From: Octopus bimaculoides
Taxonomy: Eukaryota
Direction of reading: 5' to 3'
Assembly (NCBI RefSeq): GCF_001194135.2
Contig: NC_068990.1
Span: forward strand, 92,115,834-92,153,711
DNA length: 37,878 nucleotides
The position numbers and the translations under genes are program-made. The notes under the pieces are model-generated. The model worked only from the letters and a program-made list of their open reading frames with translations. It did not search any database and was not told the origin of the DNA. This document shows, piece by piece, positions 11,410 through 23,140 of this stretch; within the stretch, counting starts at the first letter, position 1, and each line of letters starts with the position of its first letter.

Positions 11410-11835
11410 GTCATTTTGGCCGATGACAATACTGTCTGATTTGGCACTTGTGCCGGTGGCACGTAAAGAGCACCATTCTAGTGTGATCGTTGCCAGTGCC
11501 GCCTGCTTGGCTCCCATGCCAGTGGCACGTAAAAAGCACCATTCCAATGTGGTCGATGCCAGTGACAGCTGACTGGCTACCGGGCCAATCGTACATAAAA
11601 AGCACCATCCAAGCATGGCTGATGCCAGTGCTGCCTGACTGGCCCTTGTTCCGGTGGCACGTAAAAAGCACCCACATACACTCTTGGAGTGGTTGGCATT
11701 AGGAAGGGCATCCAGCTGTAGAAATGTTGCCAGATCAGATTGGAGCCTGGTGCAGCCTTCTGGCTCACCAGCCCTCAGTCAAACCGTCCAACCCATGCCA
11801 GCATGGAAAGCAGACGTTAAACACTGATGATGATG
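11410..11835 (+). mobile_element. Diverged RTE 3'-end copy or RTE-tailed SINE
   Basis: Repeated gtggcacgtaaaaagcacc units, then the aggaagggcatccagctgtagaaa...gacgttaaa...gatgatgat tail. Confidence 0.75.
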
Positions 11836-11958
11836 AAAGAAGAGGGTGGGAAACAATTTAATAGTAAATTAACAGTGAAGGTGATTAAGGTTGAGGTAAT
11901 AAAGGTAGAGGTAATTGACAGATTTTAATGATTGAAAATAATTGTAAAATGTACATAC

Positions 11959-12104
11959 CTAATGAGGAAAGGTTTAGTAAGTGAACAAAGATCACCTTTA
12001 CAGGCACTGTCCTTGTGAAGAGTCCAGTATTCATCATGGATGATTTTACTCCAAGATGAAGCTGGATTTATGCCATTCAAGCTGGATAAATGGACATGTT
12101 TAAA
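11959..12104 (-). CDS. LLTP exon 3
   Basis: FKHVHLSSLNGINPASSWSKIIHDEYWTLHKDSACKGDLCSLTKPFLI(R). AG acceptor, phase-2 GTATGT donor. Confidence 0.85.
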
Positions 12105-12259
12105 CTGAGAAGAGAAAGAGAGAAACGAAGTACGAGTTATTTATCATATTTTAATATGGACTTAATATGGATTTAAATGGATTTATTTAAAATTAGACAG
12201 GGGTAATTTTTGAAGAACTCAAGGTTGAATTACAGGACAATCTACCAGTTCTTATTTAA

Positions 12260-12472
12260 CCATTTGGTTACCATATTTCTGTTGAGATGCTCTGTGTTTT
12301 ATTTTCAACTAATTTTAAATATAACAAAGAATTTAGTAAAATAACTTAGTTATCATTCAGCTAGTGTTAGAAACATAAATTGTGACTAAAGTTTGGTAGA
12401 AGATTTTAATTGAGAACGTTTGAAAACAAGACAGAGCCAGAGGTGGTTTCACCCGGGTTGGTAACAAAAGGG
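12260..12472. mobile_element. TTAA-flanked MITE, second family
   Basis: TTAA at both ends, imperfect TIRs ccatttggttacca/tggtaacaaaaggg. Related copies at about 29377-29505 and 31810-32025 share gaatttagtaaaataa. Confidence 0.65.
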
Positions 12473-13182
12473 TTAACAGTTTGTTGGTACGTAGTTATCT
12501 TCCTTGACATTGTTGTGGCCTCAGTAATTTCATTCGTTGCAACACTGAATAATTAACCAGGTAAAGGTCTGCAGAAATTTGACTGACCTGGGGTTAAACA
12601 ATAGCTAGATCAGTATCTTGAAACATTAACGGTCGTACTCTTGGCAAGTACCTCTTCCTTGCCCAGACTGTAGCTACAACATGAATCTACAGGCACATGG
12701 ACAAAAGACAGCCTCTACAGGATGGATATCAGCATGCTAGAAATAGCAGCCAGTTCTCCCTAAGATCACTCCCAACCAACTTAAAGGAACATATAATCCT
12801 TGAATAATTTAGTCCTGAAAAAAAATTAAAGACAGAATGGTCACAGCTGCTGTGTCCTTCTCATTGTTGTTCAAGCAGGAACAACAGGAATATAGAAATA
12901 TACTGGGCAGGAAGTAGAGTGCCACCATGCACCCCTGTGGGGTAAATGGCTGCAGGTTCTTTGAGGAACACAGTCTCTAAGTCTGTGGCTGTTTTTCCCT
13001 GAATGAACATAACTTCAGAGCACACCAACTTGCACATACTTATGTTGATGCACAAAACATACATATACCAACACACACACAACCGCATGCACGCACACAC
13101 GCACACACACACACACATACACAGTCATACAGAATACAGACATATTGAAAATACTCAAAAGGTGGCTAGTTGGCATAATCAT

Positions 13183-13394
13183 TAGCATGCTGGGCAAAAT
13201 GCTTAGCGGTATTTTGTCTGCCATTACGTTCTGATTTCAAATTCCACTGAGGTCGTCTTTCCCTTTTGTCCTTTCGAGGTTGATTAAATTAAGTACCAGT
13301 TACGCACTGGGGTCGATGTAATCGACTTAATCCTTTTGTCTGTCCTTGTTTGTCCCCTCTATGTTTAGCTCCCCCCCGGGCAATAAAGAAATAA
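13183..13394 (+). mobile_element. tRNA-derived SINE family 2
   Basis: tagcatgctgggcaaaatgcttagcgg...ttcaaattcc...taagtaccagttacgcactggggtcgatgtaatcgact...gggcaataaagaaataa. Confidence 0.8.
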
Positions 13395-13409
13395 ATGGAA
13401 GGTACTCAC

Positions 13410-13558
13410 ATGAACCAAATAAGAATCAGCTTTGCTCGAAGGAGCGATTAAAACGTCAGCAGCAAATCTCAGTCCGGCAGCAGTGAGATCCCCTCGTGGG
13501 GCTCTTGTTAATATTTGGGATTCATATTTGTATTGTCCTGTTGGCAAGGATATGGAGG
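13410..13558 (-). CDS. LLTP exon 2
   Basis: Polypyrimidine acceptor, (A)SISLPTGQYKYESQILTRAPRGDLTAAGLRFAADVLIAPSSKADSYLVH, GTGAGT donor. Resembles the first beta-strands of Vitellogenin_N. Confidence 0.8.
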
Positions 13559-14180
13559 CTGAAAGCAGAAGGAAGGACAAGGTTTCAAATTCAGGGACCA
13601 AAAGGGCCTCAATGAAAATAACAAACAGAAAGAACCTCTATGTGGTCAATCAACCTCCAAGAAATAGCAGTCAAGTATCCCTCAATCCATATCTTAGCAT
13701 CTTAGAAAAGTAGAACGTGGGTGATGTGATCCTGGAAGTATTGTGTCAGTGCAATAAACAAGATGGTCATGGTTGGAATGATCTCATTATACATCTGCTT
13801 AATTAATGTGGCTGTTATTGTTCAGTTCTGACCTAGGGCTAAACAACAACAACAACAATAGTAACAACTGTGGAAATAAAACCAGTGAGGGGGGAGGCAA
13901 TTAGAAAAGCCAGAGGGGGGAGGCAATTAGAAAAGCCAGAGGGGGGCGGGGCAGTTGGAAAACCCACCAAATCTAATTTGAATCCTGTGGTTCTCTGGCT
14001 TAAAAAACATTTGAAACAGTTAAGAATTTCATGCTTTGGAACATTTTATCTTCACATTCTGGCCTTCAGGGTCTATAAAACAAGTACCAGTCACGCACTG
14101 GGGGTTGATCTAATTGATTTACTCTTCCCACAAAATTGCTGGCCTTGTGCCAAAAATTTGAAAGCATTACTATTTTAAAA

Positions 14181-14235
<55 letters not shown>

Positions 14236-14719
14236 TGAGTTCAAATTCCACCAAGGTCAGCTTTGCCTCTCATCCTTTCAGGATCAATGAAATTAGTACC
14301 AGTTGAGTACTGGGGGTCAATGTAATCAAATGTCCACCCCCACCCCCACCATATTTCAGGCCTTCTGCCTGAAATATGGTGGTGGTGGTGGGGGGGAATA
14401 GCTGATTACATTGACCCACCTCTGCCAGGCCTTGTACCTATAGCAGAAAAGATCATCATCCTCCTCCTCCTCCTCATCATCATCATCATCACCGTTGTTA
14501 TTATTATCATTATTATTAAGGTGTCAAGCTGGCAGAATCGTTAGCACGCCAGGTGAAATGCCTGATAAACAAAAAATAACGGAAAATATAAAGTATCCTG
14601 ATTAATACCCAGAAATTTATTACTTTTAGTATCAACTAATATCACAGGTATTAATATAAACTCTAACCCACTTATTGTGGACCTTTGTCTAAAGCCCTCA
14701 ATAGAAAACATATCACATG

Positions 14720-16008
14720 TTTAGCTAAAACCAAAATCCTAATAAGTAGGAAGGTAGATAAAACACAAACCCCTTCAGGTAGATGGCCCTGCTCAGTATG
14801 TAGAAAAGGAGTAGGTAGTAACTCTATAAGATGTACCCGGTGCAAGCTATGGACACATAAGAGGTGCAGCAACATCAAAGGCAGGTTAACTAGCAAGTTA
14901 GTTTTTGTTTGTGGCAGATGTTCAGGTGCAATAAAGACTGCAAACAAACAGGAAACAACTNNNNNNNNNNNNNNNNNNNNNNNNNNNNNNNNNNNNNNNN
15001 NNNNNNNNNNNNNNNNNNNNNNNNNNNNNNNNNNNNNNNNNNNNNNNNNNNNNNNNNNNNNNNNNNNNNNNNNNNNNNNNNNNNNNNNNNNNNNNNNNNN
15101 NNNNNNNNNNNNNNNNNNNNNNNNNNNNNNNNNNNNNNNNNNNNNNNNNNNNNNNNNNNNNNNNNNNNNNNNNNNNNNNNNNNNNNNNNNNNNNNNNNNN
15201 NNNNNNNNNNNNNNNNNNNNNNNNNNNNNNNNNNNNNNNNNNNNNNNNNNNNNNNNNNNNNNNNNNNNNNNNNNNNNNNNNNNNNNNNNNNNNNNNNNNN
15301 NNNNNNNNNNNNNNNNNNNNNNNNNNNNNNNNNNNNNNNNNNNNNNNNNNNNNNNNNNNNNNNNNNNNNNNNNNNNNNNNNNNNNNNNNNNNNNNNNNNN
15401 NNNNNNNNNNNNNNNNNNNNNNNNNNNNNNNNNNNNNNNNNNNNNNNNNNNNNNNNNNNNNNNNNNNNNNNNNNNNNNNNNNNNNNNNNNNNNNNNNNNN
15501 NNNNNNNNNNNNNNNNNNNNNNNNNNNNNNNNNNNNNNNNNNNNNNNNNNNNNNNNNNNNNNNNNNNNNNNNNNNNNNNNNNNNNNNNNNNNNNNNNNNN
15601 NNNNNNNNNNNNNNNNNNNNNNNNNNNNNNNNNNNNNNNNNNNNNNNNNNNNNNNNNNNNNNNNNNNNNNNNNNNNNNNNNNNNNNNNNNNNNNNNNNNN
15701 NNNNNNNNNNNNNNNNNNNNNNNNNNNNNNNNNNNNNNNNNNNNNNNNNNNNNNNNNNNNNNNNNNNNNNNNNGGCACATAAAAGACACCATTTCGAGCG
15801 TGGCCGTTTTCGTGCAGGTGACACGTAAAAGCACCCACTACACTCTCTGAGTGGTTGGCGTTAGGAAGGGCATCCAGCTGTAGAAACTCTGCCAAATCAG
15901 ACTGGAGCCTGGTGTTGCCATCCGGTTTCACCAGTCCTCAGTCAAATCGTCCAACCCATGCTAGCATGGAAAGCGGACGTTAAACGATGATGATGATGAT
16001 GATGATGA
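14720..16008 (+). mobile_element. Second, shorter 5'-truncated copy of the same RTE LINE, antisense in LLTP intron 1
   Basis: 14720-14960 reads the same as 21753-21991, and 15778-15985 nearly matches 22921-23128. Ends in (GAT)n. The interior is an N gap. Confidence 0.85.
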
Positions 16009-17832
16009 TATATATGTTTGTGGATAATTATTATAATTATATAAAAAGAAAAACACGAACTACTGCAATAATCCTCCCTTCTCAACACATGTGATATGTA
16101 TGTACCTATGGGTATGTCTGTAAGTAAATATATATGTATATATGTGTGTGTATGTATATGTGTATATATATATATATATGTGTGTATTCCTCATTTATAT
16201 ATCTTTTCATTCCTACATAACTAAAATAATCTTAAGATACATTGATTTTTTAAATTCCAATATTATTTCTCTTTTGATAAACTTTCTCCTTCCTCTGTTT
16301 ATACTTTATCTAATAAGAATAGTATAATATAATACACCTGATAATAATAGTAATTACTGGTATTTTTTATATATTATATATTATATATGTAAAGCATAAT
16401 ATGTTATACATGTATGAATATTGTTATAATTGTTTTTTTTAAATAAATAAGCAGACATAATATAATGTCTAAAAGTTGATGAATACCACCTCTTCATCCC
16501 CTCCATTTTCTTATTGCTATATATATATATATATACATATATAAATTTTAATTTTTATCTAAATCTACTTCTTCTGGGAGGGGCTTCTGCTCCTGAAACT
16601 CCTTCACTTCCTACATATGTTTATACTTTTTTGATAGTTATACTTTTTGAGCAAGCATAGTATAGTATAGTATAAAACACACACACACACACAGATATAT
16701 AAATGCTTTCCCAACTAAAATTGCACTTCATATTTGAAACTCTGATGAAGTTATAGTGTGATACACAAACACTCAACTATGAGGGCATTGCATCTCATAG
16801 CAGAAACAGCTGTAAGCCAATGAAGTTGACGACAATTTTTTATTCCCTTGTCATTTATTCAATTCACATGCATAAGCACGCACATTCATACACTCACACG
16901 TGCACACACACACACACACAAATAAACACACACATGTATATATGTATGTATGTATGTAAGTGTATGTATGCATATGTGCATATGTGTGTTTGTGTCTCCT
17001 TGCCTTGACTTCACATGACAGTTGTAAATGAATTTCACCATCAGAAACATGTCCACAGAAACATGTCCCATCATAGAGAAGTACTATGTTGACTGGAAAC
17101 AGGTGAGGATTGGCTACTGAAGGGCATCTGGGCACAGGAATCTGCCTCAGTGAATTCCATCTGCTTCATACATACAGGGAAAAGTGGATACTAAAATGAC
17201 GGTGATGAGGATATATCATGTGTGTGTGTGTGTGTGTGTGATGTGCGTTTGTGTGTATATATATATANNNNNNNNNNNNNNNNNNNNNNNNNNNNNNNNN
17301 NNNNNNNNNNNNNNNNNNNNNNNNNNNNNNNNNNNNNNNNNNNNNNNNNNNNNNNNNNNNNNNNNNNNNNNNNNNNNNNNNNNNNNNNNNNNNNNNNNNN
17401 NNNNNNNNNNNNNNNNNNNNNNNNNNNNNNNNNNNNNNNNNNNNNNNNNNNNNNNNNNNNNNNNNNNNNNNNNNNNNNNNNNNNNNNNNNNNNNNNNNNN
17501 NNNNNNNNNNNNNNNNNNNNNNNNNNNNNNNNNNNNNNNNNNNNNNNNNNNNNNNNNNNNNNNNNNNNNNNNNNNNNNNNNNNNNNNNNNNNNNNNNNNN
17601 NNNNNNNNNNNNNNNNNNNNNNNNNNNNNNNNNNNNNNNNNNNNNNNNNNNNNNNNNNNNNNNNNNNNNNNNNNNNNNNNNNNNNNNNNNNNNNNNNNNN
17701 NNNNNNNNNNNNNNNNNNNNNNNNNNNNNNNNNNNNNNNNNNNNNNNNNNNNNNNNNNNNNNNNNNNNNNNNNNNNNNNNNNNNNNNNNNNNNNNNNNNN
17801 NNNNNNNNNNNNNNNNNNNNNNNNNNNNNNNN

Positions 17833-17870
<38 letters not shown>

Positions 17871-18112
17871 CACACACACAAAAACACACTCACACAGACA
17901 AACATGGACATACTCATATATAATACTATGTGACCCTTATAAAACTAGTACAGTTACATTCCAGGGGAATTTTATCAGAGAGAGAGAGAGAGAGAGAGAT
18001 ACACACAGGCAGACAGACAAACAGAGACACTCTAATCAACTCCTCAGCTATGCAAACTGTGTTAGTTCTGTAAGAATTACTTATCATTAAATCAATGATA
18101 ACCCTCTGCACG

Positions 18113-18157
18113 TTGTATGAAGTACCTTGTATGAAGTACCTTGTATGAAGTACCTTG
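18113..18157. repeat. 14-bp tandem repeat, 3 copies
   Basis: ttgtatgaagtacc three times. Confidence 0.8.
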
Positions 18158-18252
18158 CTTTAATTCTGATTCCCTCCCCTCGTTTCCTATGAATGCTTCA
18201 AGTACAATTGCACACGTGCATGTATGTGTGTATGCACACATATACTTTTACA

Positions 18253-18331
<79 letters not shown>

Positions 18332-18643
18332 ATATATGTGTGAATATAGATATGTAACATTGAAGTCACTTATATATACACCCTGCTCCTGAATAAACGT
18401 CTGTGTCTGTTAAATTCACTAAATTTGGCAAATATTTATATTTTAATTCAAATTATAATACATTTGTTTTTTATTTAGTCTAAAATATTTGTTCTCAAAC
18501 TTACTAATCAATTATTTTAGATATTATAATTCCTAATTTGAAATAGAGAAGAGAAACAGGTTCTACTGATGGGTGAGTGGAACCTTATATCTATGTACGC
18601 TGTTAGAAAAGTGAAGATTTCATAGAAAATTCGACACGCTTAC

Positions 18644-18686
18644 CTGCAAAGCCAATTGCTAACAAAAATGTTAAATAGGAATACAT
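18644..18686 (-). CDS. Large lipid transfer protein (vitellogenin/apoLp/MTP-like) exon 1, signal peptide
   Basis: ATG at 18686 encodes MYSYLTFLLAIGFA(A), a hydrophobic signal peptide. It ends in a phase-1 GTAAGC donor that matches exon 2, and a TATA box lies upstream. Confidence 0.8.
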
Positions 18687-18738
18687 TGTGACGACCAGGG
18701 ATGACCGGTGGACGTACCACAGCCTTGTTGCTGCAGGC

Positions 18739-18745
18739 TTTTATA
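18739..18745 (-). promoter_or_regulatory. TATA box of the LLTP gene
   Basis: TATAAAA on the minus strand, ending 52 nt before the ATG at 18686. Confidence 0.6.
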
Positions 18746-19455
18746 GGTCTTGGTTAATGCTGTACATTTTGGTCACATGACCGACTATGCAGCAGGCAGC
18801 ATGCAGCAAAAAAAAAAGCTTGCAGCAGAGTTTGCAAATTCCCAAAGAATTTGAATTGTCACAAAATATTATCATTTGTCTGCGAGGATTTAGTTTGTTA
18901 AACAAATGACAGGTGTCAAATTATTTACAGGAATTTGTCAATTGAGGTGAAAGAAAAATTTCCAATCAGAAAACAAGAAATGTTTTCATTCATGTAAGAA
19001 TGGAATGCTTCCACAGCAAGATTTTTGTCCTTCCTCTGAAAATGTTTATGATTTCTCTCTTGTTTTTCCATTTTTTGGCAGTTATTGTAAACAAATTACA
19101 ACTGGTTACTTCCTTGAGCACAGAATTAAATTTAAACAAAAGCAGACTATATAAAAATAACAAAAAAAATACTAATATAAATATAAATCACACAAACTGA
19201 TTGTTAACTTTTAAACAGAAGGTGAAATACTTCCCTCCCCACAAAAAATGATTTTAATCTGTAGAGGTGAGAGGTCACTATCAACTATGTGACAAATTTG
19301 AAAGGTCAAATGGTGAAGAAAAGAAATGGCTTTAACATAAAAGTTAACTTTACACTTTCAATCATTTCAGACATGTTTCTTTCTAGATTTTTTTAATTCT
19401 TAACTAGTCATTAAATATTTTAATTAATCAACTAATTAGCTCTTATTCATATTTT

Positions 19456-19836
19456 TTTATTTGTTTCAGTCATTTGACTGCTGCCATGCTGGAGCACCGC
19501 CTTTAGTCAAGCAAATCGACCCCAGGACTTATTTGTAAGCCTAGTACTTATTCTATCGGTCTGTCTTGCTGAACCACTAAGTGACGGGGATGTAAACACA
19601 CCAGCATCGGTTGTCAAGCAATGGTGAGGGGACAAACACAGACACACAAACATATACATACATACATATATATATATGATGGGCTTCTTTCAGTTTCCGT
19701 CTACCAAATCCCTTCGTAAGGCTTTCGTCGGCCTGAGGCCATAGTAGAAGACACTTGCCCAAGGTGCCATGCAGTGGGACTGAACCCGGAATCATGTGGT
19801 TGGTAAGTAAGTTACTTACCACACAGCCACTCCTGC
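19456..19836 (-). mobile_element. SINE family 1, full length
   Basis: Reverse-complement match to 693-1060. Confidence 0.8.
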
Positions 19837-20610
19837 ACTTGTTAATATGACTCAAAGGCCATAGTTTAACCTGCTTTCCATGGCATATAAGTGACTGAAG
19901 CTACAACACTCTCCCCTGGGTGGGATGTCAGTCCATTGCAGGGTTAACTTCCTTGCTATTGCTTGAGCCCTTTTACAGCTGAATGGACTGAGCAACATGA
20001 AATAAAGCATTTTGCTGAGGAACACAATGCACTGCCCAGTCTGGGAATTGAACCCACATTTTCATGATAATGAGTGCAACGTCCTAACCACCAGTGTCGA
20101 TATAAAAAGGTGAATATTCCAGCGCCTTAATCTCACAACCCAATGACTATATTTCTGATACTACAGGCCCCTAAACCTAACCCAAACCCTAACACCTTTC
20201 TCCTTGAATCAACTCTGAAATACACTGAAATCCTTTAAACCAACAAATATTTTCAATGTTTAAAGTACAAATTCAATGGAATGCTGCCAAATGTAATGTT
20301 AGAAGCTGGAATTTTCACAGGATCACAGATCTATAGTGTCAGTTGTGATTAACCATTTTCTCTTAAGTAAATGATATGGAGCATGGATATCTTTTGCTGA
20401 AATTGTTAAAAATGGGATACCTCAGTTCTGAAATCAACTGATAACTGGTTGATAACAAGCTGAAATCTTAAGGAAAAATGGGATGTAGGATGTTTATTAA
20501 AACGAAGTTTTTACATAATCATTGTCGTTTGTCTATTATCCTTGGGGTTGTAAGCAATGAACATGGTGAGCATTTCCAGCAGCAGATTTCTGATGTGGAA
20601 ATCAAATATC

Positions 20611-20788
20611 AATTCCAGGCAGTGACCTGAATAATAGTAATAATAATATTAGTAATAATAATAAGAGGAAGTACAACAATAACATCGAAAAATACCTTAG
20701 GAATGAGAACCCAGGTTCGAAATTTCCCCAAGACACCTGATGAAGGCTGGAGGGTACATCAGCCGAAACATTGTGTTAACAACAAACA
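20611..20788 (+). mobile_element. Same retroposon, copy B (truncated at both ends); hammerhead-like core at 20732-20777
   Basis: attccaggcagtgacctg(AAT)n...gacacctgatgaaggctggagggtacatcagccgaaacattgtgtt. Confidence 0.8.
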
Positions 20789-20789
20789 T

Positions 20790-21305
20790 TTGGTCAAAAA
20801 ATTTGCTGGTACCTTTTTTGATCATTCCCAGGGCACCTACAACAACAGGGATGGTTTTGGTTTTTAATTGCCATGTCCCAGATATCTCACTCTCAAGGTC
20901 CTTATATTTCGACAATTTTTCAAATTCTTTTGCCGAAATGTTTCTATCAGTAGGCACTGCTGTCATGTCAATTAACAGGCATGTTTTTGTTTTTGGTCTT
21001 TGATGACAATGTCTGGTCTGTTAACATTTATTTGCCTGTCTGTATGTATCCCTTAATCCCATAGGATGGTAACATTCTCTCCCACAAATGACTGGCTCTG
21101 GATAGTGTTCATACCAGTTCTTAGGGTGTGGGTTATCATAGTGACAGCATAACACTCCAGTGCAAATATTGGCCAACTTGATCATTCTTGGTTTTATATT
21201 CTGTAGGGGCAAGGACTGAGCAGCCAGCAACCATGTGATCAATACTCTCCAGTTTGTCATTAAAGAGTCTACACTTTGTGTCTACCTCATTGTGTGACAT
21301 TAGCT
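20790..21305 (-). mobile_element. Degraded R4/Dong-like non-LTR retrotransposon C-terminus (zinc knuckle and restriction-like endonuclease)
   Basis: Frameshifted pieces: KCRLFNDKLESIDHMVAGC, HPKNWYEHYPEPV, NRPDIVIKDQK, AVPTDRNISAKEFEKLSKYKDLESEI...IPVVVGALG. Confidence 0.8.
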
Positions 21306-21555
21306 TGATAGTTCTGTGTGAGGAGACTCTGATCTTGTGCCATTAGGATAAATCCTTATGTCTCAGCTTTCAAACCAACGCTCTACAGCAACCAGTGACG
21401 AGTTCTTCTCATCTACATCAGCTTCCCCACCTCATTTGTGGTATTTCCCATGCAATGGTTGTTCTCACCACAGTCTTGACATTTCCTTCAAGTTTTTTTG
21501 TTTGGTTTTTGTTTTACACTTTTTTGTTGCCTTAGTGAGTGGTATGTCCTCCATG

Positions 21556-21586
<31 letters not shown>

Positions 21587-21663
21587 AATCAGGGAAGTTA
21601 AGTTCTCATCTGTATTTATATGCCTCCTTTGAGACTGAGTGCAGCCTGTCTATTATTATTATT

Positions 21664-23140
21664 TGCCCTAATTGCGGAGTCACTATCAGAACTAGAGGAG
21701 AAGTTTCAGGTGTGGAAGCAAGGTCTAGAATTGAAGGGCCTTAGAGTCAACCTAGCTAAAACCAAAATCCTAATAAGTAGGAAGGTAGATAAAACACAAA
21801 CCCCTTCAGGTAGATGGCCCTGCTCAGTATGTAGAAAAGGAGTAGGTAGTAACTCTATAAGATGTACCCGGTGCAAGCTATGGACACATAAGAGGTGCAG
21901 CAACATCAAAGGCAGGTTAACTAGCAAGTTAGTTTTTGTTTGTGGCAGATGTTCAGGTGCAATAAAGACTGCAAACAAACAGGAAACAACTTCTATCTCA
22001 TTCCAGGGTGAAAAACTAGAGGTAGTCGATAGCTTCCGCTATCTGGGCGACNNNNNNNNNNNNNNNNNNNNNNNNNNNNNNNNNNNNNNNNNNNNNNNNN
22101 NNNNNNNNNNNNNNNNNNNNNNNNNNNNNNNNNNNNNNNNNNNNNNNNNNNNNNNNNNNNNNNNNNNNNNNNNNNNNNNNNNNNNNNNNNNNNNNNNNNN
22201 NNNNNNNNNNNNNNNNNNNNNNNNNNNNNNNNNNNNNNNNNNNNNNNNNNNNNNNNNNNNNNNNNNNNNNNNNNNNNNNNNNNNNNNNNNNNNNNNNNNN
22301 NNNNNNNNNNNNNNNNNNNNNNNNNNNNNNNNNNNNNNNNNNNNNNNNNNNNNNNNNNNNNNNNNNNNNNNNNNNNNNNNNNNNNNNNNNNNNNNNNNNN
22401 NNNNNNNNNNNNNNNNNNNNNNNNNNNNNNNNNNNNNNNNNNNNNNNNNNNNNNNNNNNNNNNNNNNNNNNNNNNNNNNNNNNNNNNNNNNNNNNNNNNN
22501 NNNNNNNNNNNNNNNNNNNNNNNNNNNNNNNNNNNNNNNNNNNNNNNNNNNNNNNNNNNNNNNNNNNNNNNNNNNNNNNNNNNNNNNNNNNNNNNNNNNN
22601 NNNNNNNNNNNNNNNNNNNNNNNNNNNNNNNNNNNNNNNNNNNNNNNNNNNNNNNNNNNNNNNNNNNNNNNNNNNNNNNNNNNNNNNNNNNNNNNNNNNN
22701 NNNNNNNNNNNNNNNNNNNNNNNNNNNNNNNNNNNNNNNNNNNNNNNNNNNNNNNNNNNNNNNNNNNNNNNNNNNNNNNNNNNNNNNNNNNNNNNNNNNN
22801 NNNNNNNNNNNNNNNNNNNNNNNNNNNNNNNNNNNNNNNNNNNNNNNNNNNNNNNNNNNNNNNNNNNNNNNNNNNNNNNNNNNNNNNNNNNNNNNNNNNN
22901 NNNNNNNNNNNNNNNNNNNACATAAAAGACACCATTTCGAGCGTGGCCGTTTTCGTGCGGGTGACACGTAAAAGCACCCACTACACTCTCTGAGTGGTTG
23001 GCGTTAGGAAGGGCATCCAGCTGTAGAAACTCTGCCAAATCAGACTGGAGCCTGGTGTTGCCATCCGGTTTCACCAGTCCTCAGTCAAATCGTCCAACCC
23101 ATGCTAGCATGGAAAGCGGACGTTAAACGATGATGATGAT
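21664..23140 (+). mobile_element. 5'-truncated RTE-clade LINE (RT C-terminal part with PHD finger, gap, 3' UTR, (GAT)n tail)
   Basis: ALIAESLSELEEKFQVWKQGLELKGLRVNLAKTKIL...LEVVDSFRYLGD is RT sequence downstream of the YADD motif. The 3' end is ...ggacgttaaacgatgatgat. (TAT)n flanks both sides. Confidence 0.85.

Noticed and set aside
12861-13010. Minus-strand ORF GKTATDLETVFLKEPAAIYPTGVHGG behind an acceptor-like site
   Set aside because: It runs into a stop with no suitable donor, has no LLTP similarity, and exons 2 and 3 join in phase without it.
16740-16770. Isolated CTGATGA resembling a hammerhead core
   Set aside because: No stem II or GAAA follows at a suitable distance.
20168-20197. 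Telomere-like cctaaacctaacccaaaccctaac
   Set aside because: Only about four degenerate units, consistent with chance low-complexity sequence.
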